Assembly: GCA_964590905.1 (NCBI GenBank)
Contig: CAZPYU010000040.1
Span: forward strand, 1 to 48,569
Length of the DNA stretch: 48,569 nt
DNA from: an uncultured Thermoanaerobaculia bacterium
Lineage (GTDB): Bacteria; Acidobacteriota; Thermoanaerobaculia; Multivoradales; JAGPDF01
Direction of reading: 5' to 3'
A program made the translations under genes and the position numbers. The notes beneath the pieces were generated by a model that saw only the letters and a list, made by a program, of their open reading frames with translations, was not told the DNA's origin and did no database searches. Positions 1-13,180 of this stretch are shown piece after piece (within the stretch, counting starts at the first letter, position 1; the number at the start of each line of letters is the position of its first letter).

Positions 1-1
1 G

Positions 2-262
2 GCCGGAGAGGTGACCGTGGAGCTCGATTCCGCCCGTCGCGCCAGTACGATGCACGCGCACGGTGCGGTGACGATCTTCGACCGCGAGAGCGGGCGTCGC
101 GTCGAAGGCGAGATCGCCATCTACGACGTCGCGTCGCAGTCGGCAGTGGTGAGCGGAGACCCGGTCACGATCAGGGATCGCGAAGGCACCGTGCTCAAGG
201 GACGCCGGGCGCGTTTCGACCTCGCCGCCGATTCGGCCCAGCTTCTGAGCGACGGCTCTTGA
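2..262 (+). CDS. LPS transport periplasmic LptA/OstA-like protein, C-terminal fragment (5' truncated by window edge)
   Basis: Beta-rich repeats ([29 protein letters not shown]) typical of the LptA/OstA beta-jellyroll; stop overlaps lptB start (TTGA). Confidence 0.6.
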   Translation, partial: AGEVTVELDSARRASTMHAHGAVTIFDRESGRRVEGEIAIYDVASQSAVVSGDPVTIRDREGTVLKGRRARFDLAADSAQLLSDGS

Positions 263-993
263 ACCGCGACGGCGCCCTCCTTCGCACCCACGAGCTGCGC
301 AAGGTCTATCGCGGCCGCGCGGTCGTCCACGCGGTCTCGATCGAGATTCGGGCGGGAGAGATCGTCGGCCTCTTGGGCCCGAACGGCGCTGGCAAGACGA
401 CGACTTTCTACATGGTGGTAGGCCTCACTCCTCCCGACGCCGGCAGCGTGCACTTGGGAGACGACGACATCACCTCTCTTCCCATGTACGTCCGCGCCCA
501 ACGCGGCATCAGTTACCTGCCCCAGGAGCCCTCCGTCTTCAGACGTCTTACCGTGGAGGACAATCTCCGCGCCATCTTCGAGACCATCGACCTCTCGCAC
601 GGCGAGCAGGAGCGGCGGATCGATCGCCTGATCGAGAGATTCAAGCTCGAACGAGTGCGCAAGAGCCGTGGCTACATGCTGTCGGGAGGCGAGCGACGCC
701 GCGTGGAGATCGCGCGGGCGCTGGTCATCGATCCGATCTTTATTCTCCTCGACGAGCCGTTCGCGGGAATCGACCCCATCGCGGTCCTCGACATCCAGGG
801 TATCATCCGCCAGTTGAAGGAGATGGGAATCGGCGTCCTAATTACCGATCACAACGTGCGCGAGACCCTGCGGATTACCGATCGCGCGTACATCATCAAC
901 AACGGCAGTATCCTGCGCTCGGGCTCGCCGGAGCTGCTCTCGAACGACCCGCAAGTTCGCAAGATCTACCTCGGCGAAGAGTTCCAGCTCTGA
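259..993 (+). CDS. lptB: LPS export ABC transporter ATP-binding protein
   Basis: Walker [22 protein letters not shown], signature [37 protein letters not shown]-terminal YLGEEF; directly upstream of rpoN. Confidence 0.97.
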   Translation: MNRDGALLRTHELRKVYRGRAVVHAVSIEIRAGEIVGLLGPNGAGKTTTFYMVVGLTPPDAGSVHLGDDDITSLPMYVRAQRGISYLPQEPSVFRRLTVEDNLRAIFETIDLSHGEQERRIDRLIERFKLERVRKSRGYMLSGGERRRVEIARALVIDPIFILLDEPFAGIDPIAVLDIQGIIRQLKEMGIGVLITDHNVRETLRITDRAYIINNGSILRSGSPELLSNDPQVRKIYLGEEFQL

Positions 994-1008
994 CTGCGCG
1001 CCTTCGCG

Positions 1009-2499
1009 ATGGCTCTCGAACAGAAACTCTCGCTCAGGCTTTCGCAGCGGCTGGTCATGACGCCGTCGTTGCAGCAGGCGATCAAGCTGCTGCAGATGAC
1101 GCGAATGGAGCTCGAGACGGTGGTCGCCCAGGAGCTCGAGGGCAATCCCGTTCTGGAGGAGATCGAGCCTGCCGACGAGGAAGAAGAGGAGGAGGCGGAA
1201 AGCGGCGTGCGCGCCGACAGCGAGCAGCCGGCGGCGCCGGTCGAGTCCGACAAGACGCGCGAAATCGATCCCTCCGGGCACACCAGCGCCGAGGAGGCCA
1301 GCTTCGAGGCGTGGATCTCGGAGTCGTGGAACGACGATGGCGCCGGAGCGGAATGGGAAGAGCGCCAGGCGCCGCCCCTCGAGAACACCCTGACCCGCAC
1401 CCCCGACCTCTACGACCACCTGCTCTGGCAGATCCACCTCTCGGACTTCTCGCCGCGCGAGCGCGAGATCGCCGAGGTCATCGTCGGCAACCTCGACCCC
1501 GACGGCTTTCTGGTCGCCTCGCTCGACGAGATCCGCGGGCTCGGAGAGGGCGCTGACTCCGGAGGCTGGAGCGAAACAGAGGTGCGCGCTGCGTTGGAGC
1601 GCGTCCGCGGCCTCGATCCCGCCGGCATCGCTTGCACGGACCTACGCGAGAGCCTCCTCCTGCAACTCGATTTTGCGCACGAGCCCGGCGACTCCCTCGC
1701 GCGGCGGATTCTCTGCGAGCAGTGGGAACCGTTTCTGCGGCGGCAGTATCCGCCGATAGCGCGCACTCTCGGCGTGACTCTCGCCGAGCTCGAACCCGCC
1801 ATCGAGCGGATCCGCTCGCTCGAGCTGCGGCCCGGGCGGGCGTTCTCGAACGAGCGCACGCACTACGTCGAGCCCGACGTCTACGTCGTCAAGGTCAGCG
1901 ACGAGTACGTCATCCAGCTCAACGATGACGGTCTTCCCAGGCTGCGCATCAGCCGCGGCTACCGGCGGATGCTGCAGCAGATGCGCGCCGAGGGCCGCCA
2001 GAGCGACGCGCAGCACTTCATCTCCGAGAAGATTCGCGCCGCGCTGTGGCTGATCAAGAGCCTCGATCAACGCCAGCGCACGATCTACAAGGTCGCCGAT
2101 TCGATCGTGCGCCAGCAACGAGAGTTTTTCGACGAAGGCATTGATTTCTTGCGACCGATGGTGCTGCGCGACGTCGCCGAGGATATCGGCATGCACGAGT
2201 CCACGGTCTCGAGGGTGGTCTCGAACAAGTACATTCATACGCCGCGCGGGCTCCTGCCGCTGAAGTTCTTCTTCCACAGCGGCATCGACCGCGACTACGG
2301 CGAGGACATCTCGTCGCTTACCGTCAAGAAGAAGATCCGCATGCTAATCGGAGCCGAAGACGGGCGCCATCCGCTCTCCGACAGCGAGCTGATGCGGATA
2401 CTCAAGCGCGAAGGGATCCAGATCGCGCGACGCACGGTAGCGAAGTATCGCGACGAGCTGAGGATGCCGTCCTCCGCCGACCGGCGGCGGGCCTTCTGA
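1009..2499 (+). CDS. rpoN: RNA polymerase sigma-54 factor
   Basis: Region I TPSLQQAIKLLQM, HTH GMHESTVSRVVSNKY, RpoN box ARRTVAKYRDEL. Confidence 0.98.
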   Translation: MALEQKLSLRLSQRLVMTPSLQQAIKLLQMTRMELETVVAQELEGNPVLEEIEPADEEEEEEAESGVRADSEQPAAPVESDKTREIDPSGHTSAEEASFEAWISESWNDDGAGAEWEERQAPPLENTLTRTPDLYDHLLWQIHLSDFSPREREIAEVIVGNLDPDGFLVASLDEIRGLGEGADSGGWSETEVRAALERVRGLDPAGIACTDLRESLLLQLDFAHEPGDSLARRILCEQWEPFLRRQYPPIARTLGVTLAELEPAIERIRSLELRPGRAFSNERTHYVEPDVYVVKVSDEYVIQLNDDGLPRLRISRGYRRMLQQMRAEGRQSDAQHFISEKIRAALWLIKSLDQRQRTIYKVADSIVRQQREFFDEGIDFLRPMVLRDVAEDIGMHESTVSRVVSNKYIHTPRGLLPLKFFFHSGIDRDYGEDISSLTVKKKIRMLIGAEDGRHPLSDSELMRILKREGIQIARRTVAKYRDELRMPSSADRRRAF

Positions 2500-2526
2500 G
2501 CGGGTCGACGGCGAGAGAGGAGCGCC

Positions 2527-3087
2527 TTGGAGATCGAATTCGTGGGCAAGCACATCGCGTTCGATGACGGCCTGCGCCAGCTGGTCGAGGAGAAGCTCGC
2601 CAAAGCGGTGCGATTCCTGCACGAGCCGGTCGAAGTTCGCGTCGTCCTCGAGGCTGCCGCCGGTGACAAGCACCTCAGCGCGGCAGAGCTCCACGTAGCG
2701 CACCGCACCGGTCGCCTCCACGCGCGGGCCGAGGGACCGGAGCTGCGCGAGAACGTCGTCGCCGCCGTCGCCTCGCTGGAGAGTCAGGCCATGCGCACGC
2801 AGAAGCGGATCGTGGACCGGCGGCGGCGGGCCGGGCGCAACGCCTCCAAGGAGCGACACTGGCCGGTGGACGTGCTGGCCCGCGAGAGTTTTCACCAGGG
2901 TGGACGACCGCGAGTCGTCAAATCGACGAGGATCGAAATCTTGCCGATGACGATCGACGCGGCGGCCGTGCGTCTCGACGCCTCGAACCACGAGTTCGTG
3001 GTGTTCTTCGACCCCGAGCGGGAGCGCGTCAGCGTGCTCTACCGACGGAGGGACGGCGATTACGGCCTGATCGCACCGGAGCTATAG
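2527..3087 (+). CDS. hpf: Ribosome hibernation promoting factor, long form (S30AE plus C-terminal domain)
   Basis: N-terminal HPF fold pattern (IEFVGKHI...LVEEKLAK), C-terminal PMTIDAA...FVVF...VSVLYRRRDGDYGLI typical of long HPF; follows rpoN; TTG start. Confidence 0.88.
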   Translation: MEIEFVGKHIAFDDGLRQLVEEKLAKAVRFLHEPVEVRVVLEAAAGDKHLSAAELHVAHRTGRLHARAEGPELRENVVAAVASLESQAMRTQKRIVDRRRRAGRNASKERHWPVDVLARESFHQGGRPRVVKSTRIEILPMTIDAAAVRLDASNHEFVVFFDPERERVSVLYRRRDGDYGLIAPEL

Positions 3088-3153
3088 CTTGAAACCAGCA
3101 CAGCACCGCGCGCCGCTCGCCGGGATGCTCCTAGCTAACGAGGAGAAGCTCTC

Positions 3154-4113
3154 GTGACCTCCCAGCCCCGCGTGCTCGTCTCGGAGCTTTTGGGCGACGA
3201 GCTCGGCCACCTCGAGCTCTCGGTCATCAGTGGCGAAAAGCATCTCGACAACGAAATCACCAATCCGCGAGTCCAGAAACCGGGTCTGGCGTTCGCCGGT
3301 TTCTACGAGTACATCAAGCCGGGACGCGTGCAGATTATCGGCGAGAGCGAGGTCGGCTATTTGGCGACCGTGCCGACCGAGGAGCGCCGGATACGATTCG
3401 CAAAGATCGCGGCCTTGCCGATTCCGGTTATCGTGATGACCAAGGGGTTAGCGCCCCCTTCCGACCTGCTCGACGAGTGCCGCAGGCAGCAGGTGCCAGT
3501 TCTCGCCGCGTTGGCCCTCTCGTCTGCGGTGATCAAGAGCATCGGCTATTTTCTCGAGGACCATCTCGTTCCCAGCACTCGCGTCCATGGCACGCTGCTC
3601 GAGATCTTCGGCGTCGGTGTGCTCCTCACCGGCGCCAGTGGGGTTGGCAAGAGCGAGGCTGCCCTCGACTTGATCACCGACGGGCACAGCCTAGTAGCCG
3701 ACGACCGCGTGACCATCAAGCGGTATCCGAACGGCGAACTGGTCGGCTTCTCGGACGAACCGATCCGGCATCACATGGAGCTCCGGGGGCTGGGAATCGT
3801 CAACGTGAAGGATCTCTTCGGGCTTGCCGCGGTGCGCGACCGCAAAGCGATCGATCTGGTGGTGGCGCTCGAGGTCTGGCAAGAGGGACAGACCTACGAC
3901 CGGTTGGGCCTCGATGAGTCGGTGCACGTGGTTCTCGACACTCCTTGCCCCATTGTCCGAATGCCGGTCGCTCCGGGTCGCAACGTGGCGAACTTGGTCG
4001 AGATCGCGGCTAGGAACCACGTTCTGAAGATGCAGGGTACATATTCGGCGCGCGAGTTCGCCCGCAAACTCGAGGAAGAGCTCGAGCGCAAGCGCAAGGG
4101 GAGACCGCGCTAG
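3154..4113 (+). CDS. hprK: HPr(Ser) kinase/phosphorylase
   Basis: RVQKPGLAFAG, HGTLLEIFGVGVLLTGASGVGKSE (Walker A), LVADDRV, MELRGLGIVNV, IVRMPVAPGRN; SD GAGGAG upstream. Confidence 0.97.
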   Translation: MTSQPRVLVSELLGDELGHLELSVISGEKHLDNEITNPRVQKPGLAFAGFYEYIKPGRVQIIGESEVGYLATVPTEERRIRFAKIAALPIPVIVMTKGLAPPSDLLDECRRQQVPVLAALALSSAVIKSIGYFLEDHLVPSTRVHGTLLEIFGVGVLLTGASGVGKSEAALDLITDGHSLVADDRVTIKRYPNGELVGFSDEPIRHHMELRGLGIVNVKDLFGLAAVRDRKAIDLVVALEVWQEGQTYDRLGLDESVHVVLDTPCPIVRMPVAPGRNVANLVEIAARNHVLKMQGTYSAREFARKLEEELERKRKGRPR

Positions 4114-4182
4114 CTTGGATTCGAGTCCTACGCCGCGGACGCGGGCAGATTCGGCCGCTCAATGTAGAGGGTCTGGTGAGGA

Positions 4183-5061
4183 ATGCTGGCTAAGGTGAAG
4201 CTGGTCGTTGTCACCGGGCTCTCCGGTTCCGGCAAGAGCACGGTCGCGAACTGCTTCGAGGATCTCGGCTACTACGTCGCAGACAACCTGCCGCTGCCGC
4301 TCCTCGAACAGTTTCTCGCCGATCCGATCGGCCTCTGCGGCGGCGGGGACCGGATCGCGGTCGTCGCCGATCTACGGACGCCGGAGTTCGCGCGCCAGGC
4401 GCCTCGACTCCTGCGAGCGATCGATCGCCAACTCATGAAACCCATCCTCGTCTTCCTCGAGTCGAGTGACGAGGCTCTGGCGCGGCGTTTTTCCGAGACG
4501 CGGCGACCACATCCTCTCGGCACCGAGCTGCCGGTGCTCGACGCGATCCGGCGCGAACGCGAGTTGCTTGCCGATCTGCGGGGTGAGGCCGACCTCGTCT
4601 TGGACACCAGCGACTTCTCGGCGCACGAGATGCGCAGCCTGGTCTATCGTCGTTTCGGCATCGAGGCTGGTCACGAGCCCGAGATGGCCGTGTCACTGGT
4701 CAGTTTCGGTTTCAAGCACGGACCGCCGAATGGATCCGACCTGGTTTTCGACGTGCGCTTTCTCGCCAACCCCCACTTCGTTCCGGAGCTGCGCGAGCGA
4801 AGCGGGCTCGACCAGCCGATCGTCGATTACCTCGAGCGTCAGCCGGAGTTCTCGGAGCTGGTGGCGCGACTCGCCGACCTGCTGCTCTTCCTGCTGCCGC
4901 GCTACCGCCAGGAGAACCGCAGCTATCTGACGATCGGCGTCGGCTGTACCGGCGGCCGCCACCGCTCGGTGGCAGTGGTCGAGAGGCTGGCGGGCCGGCT
5001 GCGAGGAGGGGGCTGGAGCGTCGACGCGCGCCACCGAGACCTCGAGAAGGCGCACGCGTGA
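4183..5061 (+). CDS. rapZ: RNase adapter RapZ/YhbJ family P-loop protein
   Basis: VTGLSGSGKST, DNLP, RRFSETRRPHPL, SFGFKHG, DLVFDVRFLANP, IGVGCTGGRHRSV. Confidence 0.96.
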   Translation: MLAKVKLVVVTGLSGSGKSTVANCFEDLGYYVADNLPLPLLEQFLADPIGLCGGGDRIAVVADLRTPEFARQAPRLLRAIDRQLMKPILVFLESSDEALARRFSETRRPHPLGTELPVLDAIRRERELLADLRGEADLVLDTSDFSAHEMRSLVYRRFGIEAGHEPEMAVSLVSFGFKHGPPNGSDLVFDVRFLANPHFVPELRERSGLDQPIVDYLERQPEFSELVARLADLLLFLLPRYRQENRSYLTIGVGCTGGRHRSVAVVERLAGRLRGGGWSVDARHRDLEKAHA

Positions 5062-5489
5062 TCGGCGTCCTGATCGTCACCCACGGCCGCCTGGCCATCG
5101 AGCTCCTCGCCGCGGCGACCACGATTGCAGGTCCCCTGCCGACCTTTCGCGCCTTAGCGCTCGAGTGGAGCGAAGGCGTCGAGACGGCGCGACTGCGGAT
5201 CGCGAGCGAGATCGAACTTCTGGATCGCGGCGAGGGCGTATTGATCTTGACCGACATGTTCGGCGACACGCCCACCAACGCGGCGCTCGCCCACTGGCAA
5301 GCCGGGAAGGTGGAGATCGTCTCGGGTGTGAATCTTCCGATGATCGTCCGCCTCGGCTGCGCGCGCTCGTCACCCGCCTCGCTGGCCGAGACGGCTCGCT
5401 GGCTAGAGGTCAAGGGACGGCGGAGTATTCGGCGCGCCGGAGCGGTCGAGCTGGGTCCGCTTCCGCGGGGCAACGCCAACGGTGGTTGA
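5058..5489 (+). CDS. PTS mannose/fructose-family EIIA component (stand-alone)
   Basis: MIGVLIVTHG (phospho-His), LILTDMFGDTP, VSGVNLPM: EIIA-Man motifs. Confidence 0.92.
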   Translation: MIGVLIVTHGRLAIELLAAATTIAGPLPTFRALALEWSEGVETARLRIASEIELLDRGEGVLILTDMFGDTPTNAALAHWQAGKVEIVSGVNLPMIVRLGCARSSPASLAETARWLEVKGRRSIRRAGAVELGPLPRGNANGG

Positions 5490-5754
5490 GGTCGAGCTCG
5501 AGGTGATCAACCGTCTCGGCCTGCACGCTCGGGCGGCGGCGAAGCTGGTGCACGTCGCTGGCACCTTCGGAAGCCGCGTCGCGCTCGTCGCCGAGGACGA
5601 CGAAGAGGTCGACGCCAAGAGCATTCTCGGAATCCTGCTGCTCGCCGCGAGCCAGGGAACGCGCTTGCGGCTGCGCTGTGAAGGCCCCGACGAGCAAGAG
5701 GCGAGCGCCTCAGTGCTGCTCCTCTTCGCCGGTCGCTTTGGCGAGGGAGAATGA
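5482..5754 (+). CDS. ptsH: Phosphocarrier protein HPr
   Basis: NRLGLHARAAAKLV (His15) and VDAKSILGILLL (Ser46). Confidence 0.95.
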   Translation: MVEVELEVINRLGLHARAAAKLVHVAGTFGSRVALVAEDDEEVDAKSILGILLLAASQGTRLRLRCEGPDEQEASASVLLLFAGRFGEGE

Positions 5755-5758
5755 GCTG

Positions 5759-7537
<1,779 letters not shown>

Positions 7538-7541
7538 GGCG

Positions 7542-7895
7542 ATGGAGTTTCCAGTGCAGAGAGTCGAGAAGCCCTGGGGACACGAGCTCATCTTCGCGCA
7601 CACCGATCGCTACGTCGGAAAGCTGCTCCATATCGAGCCCGGGCAGGCGCTCTCGCTTCAGTACCACGAGCAGAAAGACGAGACTTTCTTCGTGCAGCGC
7701 GGGGAGATCGAGCTCGTGGTCGAGGAGACGGGCGAGCTGATTCGGCGCCGGCTTCGGGTGGGGGAGTCGTACCACGTGCGGCCGCCGGCGCGTCATCGCA
7801 TGATTGCTGGCGCCGAGGGGTGCGACCTCTTCGAGGTCTCGACGCCCGAGCTCGAGGACGTCGTACGCTTGGAGGATCGCTATGGCCGAGCCTGA
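7542..7895 (+). CDS. Cupin-domain protein (type II mannose-6-phosphate isomerase-like)
   Basis: VEKPWGHE, LSLQYHEQKDET, HRMIA, EVSTPELEDVVRLEDRYGR match the small cupin/ManC C-terminal family. Confidence 0.85.
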   Translation: MEFPVQRVEKPWGHELIFAHTDRYVGKLLHIEPGQALSLQYHEQKDETFFVQRGEIELVVEETGELIRRRLRVGESYHVRPPARHRMIAGAEGCDLFEVSTPELEDVVRLEDRYGRA

Positions 7896-8735
7896 AGGAC
7901 ACCGTCGCCTCTGGGTTGGAACGTGCGCTGCACTTGTGCTGCTCTCCTTGGCATGCGGGAGCGCGGCTGCTGACCGGCGAGCGGGGCGCCAGTCGCTGCC
8001 GCCGCAGGCGGTCGCTGCCCCGCCGAGCGCTGCCGAAGTCGAGTCGAGCCCGGGGCCCCGCGATTTCCCGATCGAACCCGCGCCGGTGCCTCCGGCGAGG
8101 AGCTCGACAACCTTGTTGGTCATCGATCCCTCCGAGGGAGAGGTGGCGGCGCCGACGGTCGTCGAGGCCGCGGCGAGGGAGCGCGAACGGCGACGGGGCG
8201 CTTCGCCGCCGATCGCCGTCATCGACCAGAAGAACCTCGCGGAGTATGCGGCGCAAGCGGTATTGACTGTCGTGACTCCCGTCGAGCCGTCGAGCGCTCT
8301 CGAAGGAGCCACTCCCGCGACGGGAGAGGCTTCCATTGCAACGACTCCAGTGGACGAGAGCTACTGGCGACAGCGTGGACGGGAGATCCGCCAGCGGTGG
8401 CGGAACACAGTCGACCAGATTCCAGCCCTCGAGGCCAAGGTGGGCGAGCTGCGCACCAAGTTTTACGCCACCGACGATCCGTTCGTCCGCGATGGCCAGG
8501 TCAAGCCGGAGTGGGACCGAGCCCTTGGCGACCTCGAAGAGGCCCGCTTTCGCAGCGCCCGCGGGGCCGACGAAGTTCTGGCTTTCCTGGAGGAGGGGCG
8601 CAAGGCGGGGGCGCTCCCCGGCTGGCTGCGCGAGGGATCTGAGCTCGAGCCGAAGCCGATCGTCGAGACCGTCGATCCGCTCGAGGCTCCCGAGGCCGGC
8701 GAGCCCATGATCTATCAGCAGAGCCAGGATCCGCC

Positions 8736-8739
<4 letters not shown>
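7882..8739 (+). CDS. Hypothetical exported/lipoprotein, Pro-rich N-half and helical C-half
   Basis: ATG 7882; hydrophobic segment ending in LSLAC (lipobox-like); stop overlaps miaB start (GTGA). Confidence 0.6.
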
Positions 8740-10151
<1,412 letters not shown>

Positions 10152-10184
10152 GCTCCTCGGGATCCTGTTTCGATCCTCGATGTT

Positions 10185-10212
10185 ACGTCCGATAAGATAT
10201 ATTATGTTGCAT
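10185..10212 (+). other. dif: dif-like XerC/XerD recombination site
   Basis: ACGTCCGATAA-GATATA-TTATGTTGCAT has the 11-6-11 layout of dif (E. coli GGTGCGCATAA-TGTATA-TTATGTTAAAT): inner ATAA/TTAT dyad, 9/11 identity in the XerD arm. It is an AT-rich, non-coding spot between convergent genes. Confidence 0.85.
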
Positions 10213-10289
10213 TTGAGGCATCGAACCCCAAGTTCCCGCTTCCAGAGCGGACTACCTCTCCCTACCGCCTTTCCGGTGGATCGGCCTCT

Positions 10290-11175
10290 CTACTCGGGCG
10301 ACTCGCGGATCTCGCGCAGGATCTGCTCCAGCGCTCGCACAAGATCCGCTCTTTCGACCACACTCTGACGGAAACTGAGGTCGAGCGTAAACGTTCGATC
10401 GGGTGACCGAAACTTGAAACGGTACGGCTGCCGTCGCCCTCGCGAGACGCCCCGAGAGTCCGCCTTCTTCGCCGTTGCGCGCTTCCTCGACCGCAGGCCG
10501 TCTCGCGTCAGCCCTAGCCTGGACGCAGCCTCCAAGAGCTCGCGCATCCGCTCCGGGTTGCCAGCTCGCGCGATCTCCAATAGGCCCGATCGACTCTGAA
10601 CTCCGGCGCTCTCGGCCACTTGTCGGAGCTCCTCGGGGATTTCGAGTAGCGTCAGCGTCTCGGTGATCGTGGTGCGCGCCTTCCCGACGACCTTGCCGAT
10701 CTGCTCGTGGCTGTACCGATAAAGTGTCGCCAGCGACCGATAGCCTTCGGCCTCCTCGAACGGGCTGAGATTCTTGCGCTGGAGGTTCTCGATGAGCGCG
10801 ATCTCCAGGGCCTCCTGTTCGCTCACCTCGAGCTCGATCACGGGAACCTCGAAGAGCCCCGCCTCGAGCGCCGCGCGGTATCGCCGCTCGCCGGCCACGA
10901 TCGTGAAGTGGGCGGCGCTTTCGCCCTCGTCGAGGAGCACCGACGCCAACCTGCGCACCAGGATCGGCTCCAAGATTCCCTTCTCGCGAATCGAATCGAC
11001 GAGATCGGTCAGGTCGCCGACGTCGTGCCGGGGCTGATTCTCGTTCGGTCGCAGCGCCGAGAGCGGCAGCAGCCTGCCAATCGACGACTCGTGGCGATGC
11101 GCCAGCTCGTCAACGAAGTGCGCTGTATGCCGCATTTTGATTCGCAACGGAAGGCCGCGCTTTTCCGGCATCGGC

Positions 11176-11183
<8 letters not shown>
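10290..11183 (-). CDS. parB: ParB/RepB/Spo0J family CTPase DNA-binding protein (non-canonical)
   Basis: [24 protein letters not shown], CTPase patch [55 protein letters not shown]; start overlaps parA stop. Confidence 0.92.
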
Positions 11184-11934
<751 letters not shown>

Positions 11935-11949
11935 GGAGCTCGCCGGCAG

Positions 11950-11978
11950 ACTCTAGAGCAGGCGGGAGCGCCGGTCAA
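11950..11978 (-). promoter_or_regulatory. Sigma70-type promoter for parA-parB
   Basis: Minus strand TTGACC - 17 bp - TAGAGT, 15 nt upstream of the parA ATG. Confidence 0.7.
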
Positions 11979-12003
11979 GGAGCTCGGTTCTCGATCAGGG
12001 CCA

Positions 12004-12019
12004 TGTCGGCGCGCCGACA
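12004..12019. repeat. Perfect 16-bp palindrome TGTCGGCGCGCCGACA
   Basis: Reads identically on both strands; intergenic, upstream of the parA promoter; no adjacent U-tract. Function unknown. Confidence 0.6.
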
Positions 12020-12064
12020 AGCTCTGTAATCGTTGAGTCTAAATAGGTTATTTCCATATTAGCG

Positions 12065-12574
12065 TTACATGGAGTACTTGCCAAGGTCCTCTTCTTGGGC
12101 GTTCTTGAGCCACTCGAGGAGGCGCTTGTCGTCGTGCGTCGTAACGGCTTTCGCGCTCGAGACCGCCTCGTCGAGCACGGTGCGCGCGGCCCATATTGGG
12201 ACTCGACTCCGCAGTGCAAGGGCGATGGCGTCGCTCGGCCGGGAATCGATCGAGTAGGCCGCTCCTTCCTGTTGGACAATGAGGCGTGCTACGAACGTCC
12301 CCTCGATGAGCGAATGGATCTCGACGCGTTGCAACTGACCACCCAGCGTCTCCAGCGTTGCGCGGAGCAGATCGTGGGTCATCGGCCTCCGCGGCTGCAC
12401 GCCCTCGAGCGCCAGCGCGATAGCGTTGGCTTCGAAGACTCCGATCCAGATAGGCAGGAAGATCGAGCTTCCTTCCTCGCGCAGAACGATGACGGGAGAG
12501 TCGCTGTTCGGATCCAGAATTAGACCTCGCAGCCGCATCTCGGCCCACTTGTCGATGTCCAGGAGCGCACGCAC
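12065..12574 (-). CDS. Bifunctional nuclease family protein (DUF151/BFN)
   Basis: VIVLRE, LPIWIGVFEANAIA, PRRPMTHDLL, IDSRPSDAIALALR; the true start may be ATG 12538. Confidence 0.92.
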   Translation of the reverse strand: MRALLDIDKWAEMRLRGLILDPNSDSPVIVLREEGSSIFLPIWIGVFEANAIALALEGVQPRRPMTHDLLRATLETLGGQLQRVEIHSLIEGTFVARLIVQQEGAAYSIDSRPSDAIALALRSRVPIWAARTVLDEAVSSAKAVTTHDDKRLLEWLKNAQEEDLGKYSM

Positions 12575-12605
12575 GAGGGCATTCTGGGCGCGCCTCGCTT
12601 CGGCG

Positions 12606-13040
12606 TCAAGGAGATGCTGCGGTCGATGCGCTCCAGAGCGCCGCCAGGTCGTCGTCTTCTGCGAGCAGAATCTGGGTGAGCCGCGCGGGCGACGGGATCC
12701 GATCCGCGAGCTCCCGATAGATCCAGCGGACGAGCTCTTCGCAGGTTGGAATCTCTCCTCCCGGACCGAACTCGGGAAGCGCGTCGTTCAGATGGCGGTG
12801 ATCGACCCTTTCGAGTACCGTCTCGGCGATCAACCGGTCGAGCTCGACCAGATCGACGACGAAGCCGGTGGTCGCGTCCGGAACTCCGGCGACGCGAACC
12901 GTGAGGCGGTAGTTGTGACCGTGGCCCGGTGAAAGCGCGCACTTTCCGAATCGACGGCGGTTCTCGTCGTCACTCCAGTCGGGCCGGAAATAGCGATGCG
13001 AGGCGCTGAATCGGTACCTGCGCTCGAGCTCGATCTTCAT
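12606..13040 (-). CDS. 6-pyruvoyl-tetrahydropterin synthase / QueD family, animal-like subtype
   Basis: FSASHR, ENRRRFGKC....GHGHNY, TGFVVDL, DHRHLN, PTCEEL: T-fold PTPS motifs. Confidence 0.9.
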   Translation of the reverse strand: MKIELERRYRFSASHRYFRPDWSDDENRRRFGKCALSPGHGHNYRLTVRVAGVPDATTGFVVDLVELDRLIAETVLERVDHRHLNDALPEFGPGGEIPTCEELVRWIYRELADRIPSPARLTQILLAEDDDLAALWSASTAASP

Positions 13041-13168
13041 CCTGGAACCCCTTCCTTCGCGCTCCTCTCGCCCGCTCCGCCGAGTCGAGCGATGGGTGGG
13101 TTGTACGGTTGTGGCGCAAGCAAGGCGTAAGTCGCTTCGTTCGCGCCGGAGAGCTCGAGAACTGTCCG

Positions 13169-13174
13169 TAGAAT
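13169..13174 (+). promoter_or_regulatory. -10 element (TAGAAT) 6 nt before the lptF-G GTG start, probable leaderless promoter
   Basis: TAGAAT at 13169-13174, then GCTCGC, then GTG at 13181; no SD visible. Confidence 0.5.
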
Positions 13175-13180
13175 GCTCGC

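Noticed and set aside
12024-12064. Second dif/att site that would make parAB an Xer-integrated element
   Set aside because: It cannot be aligned to the ATAA-N6-TTAT architecture on either strand.
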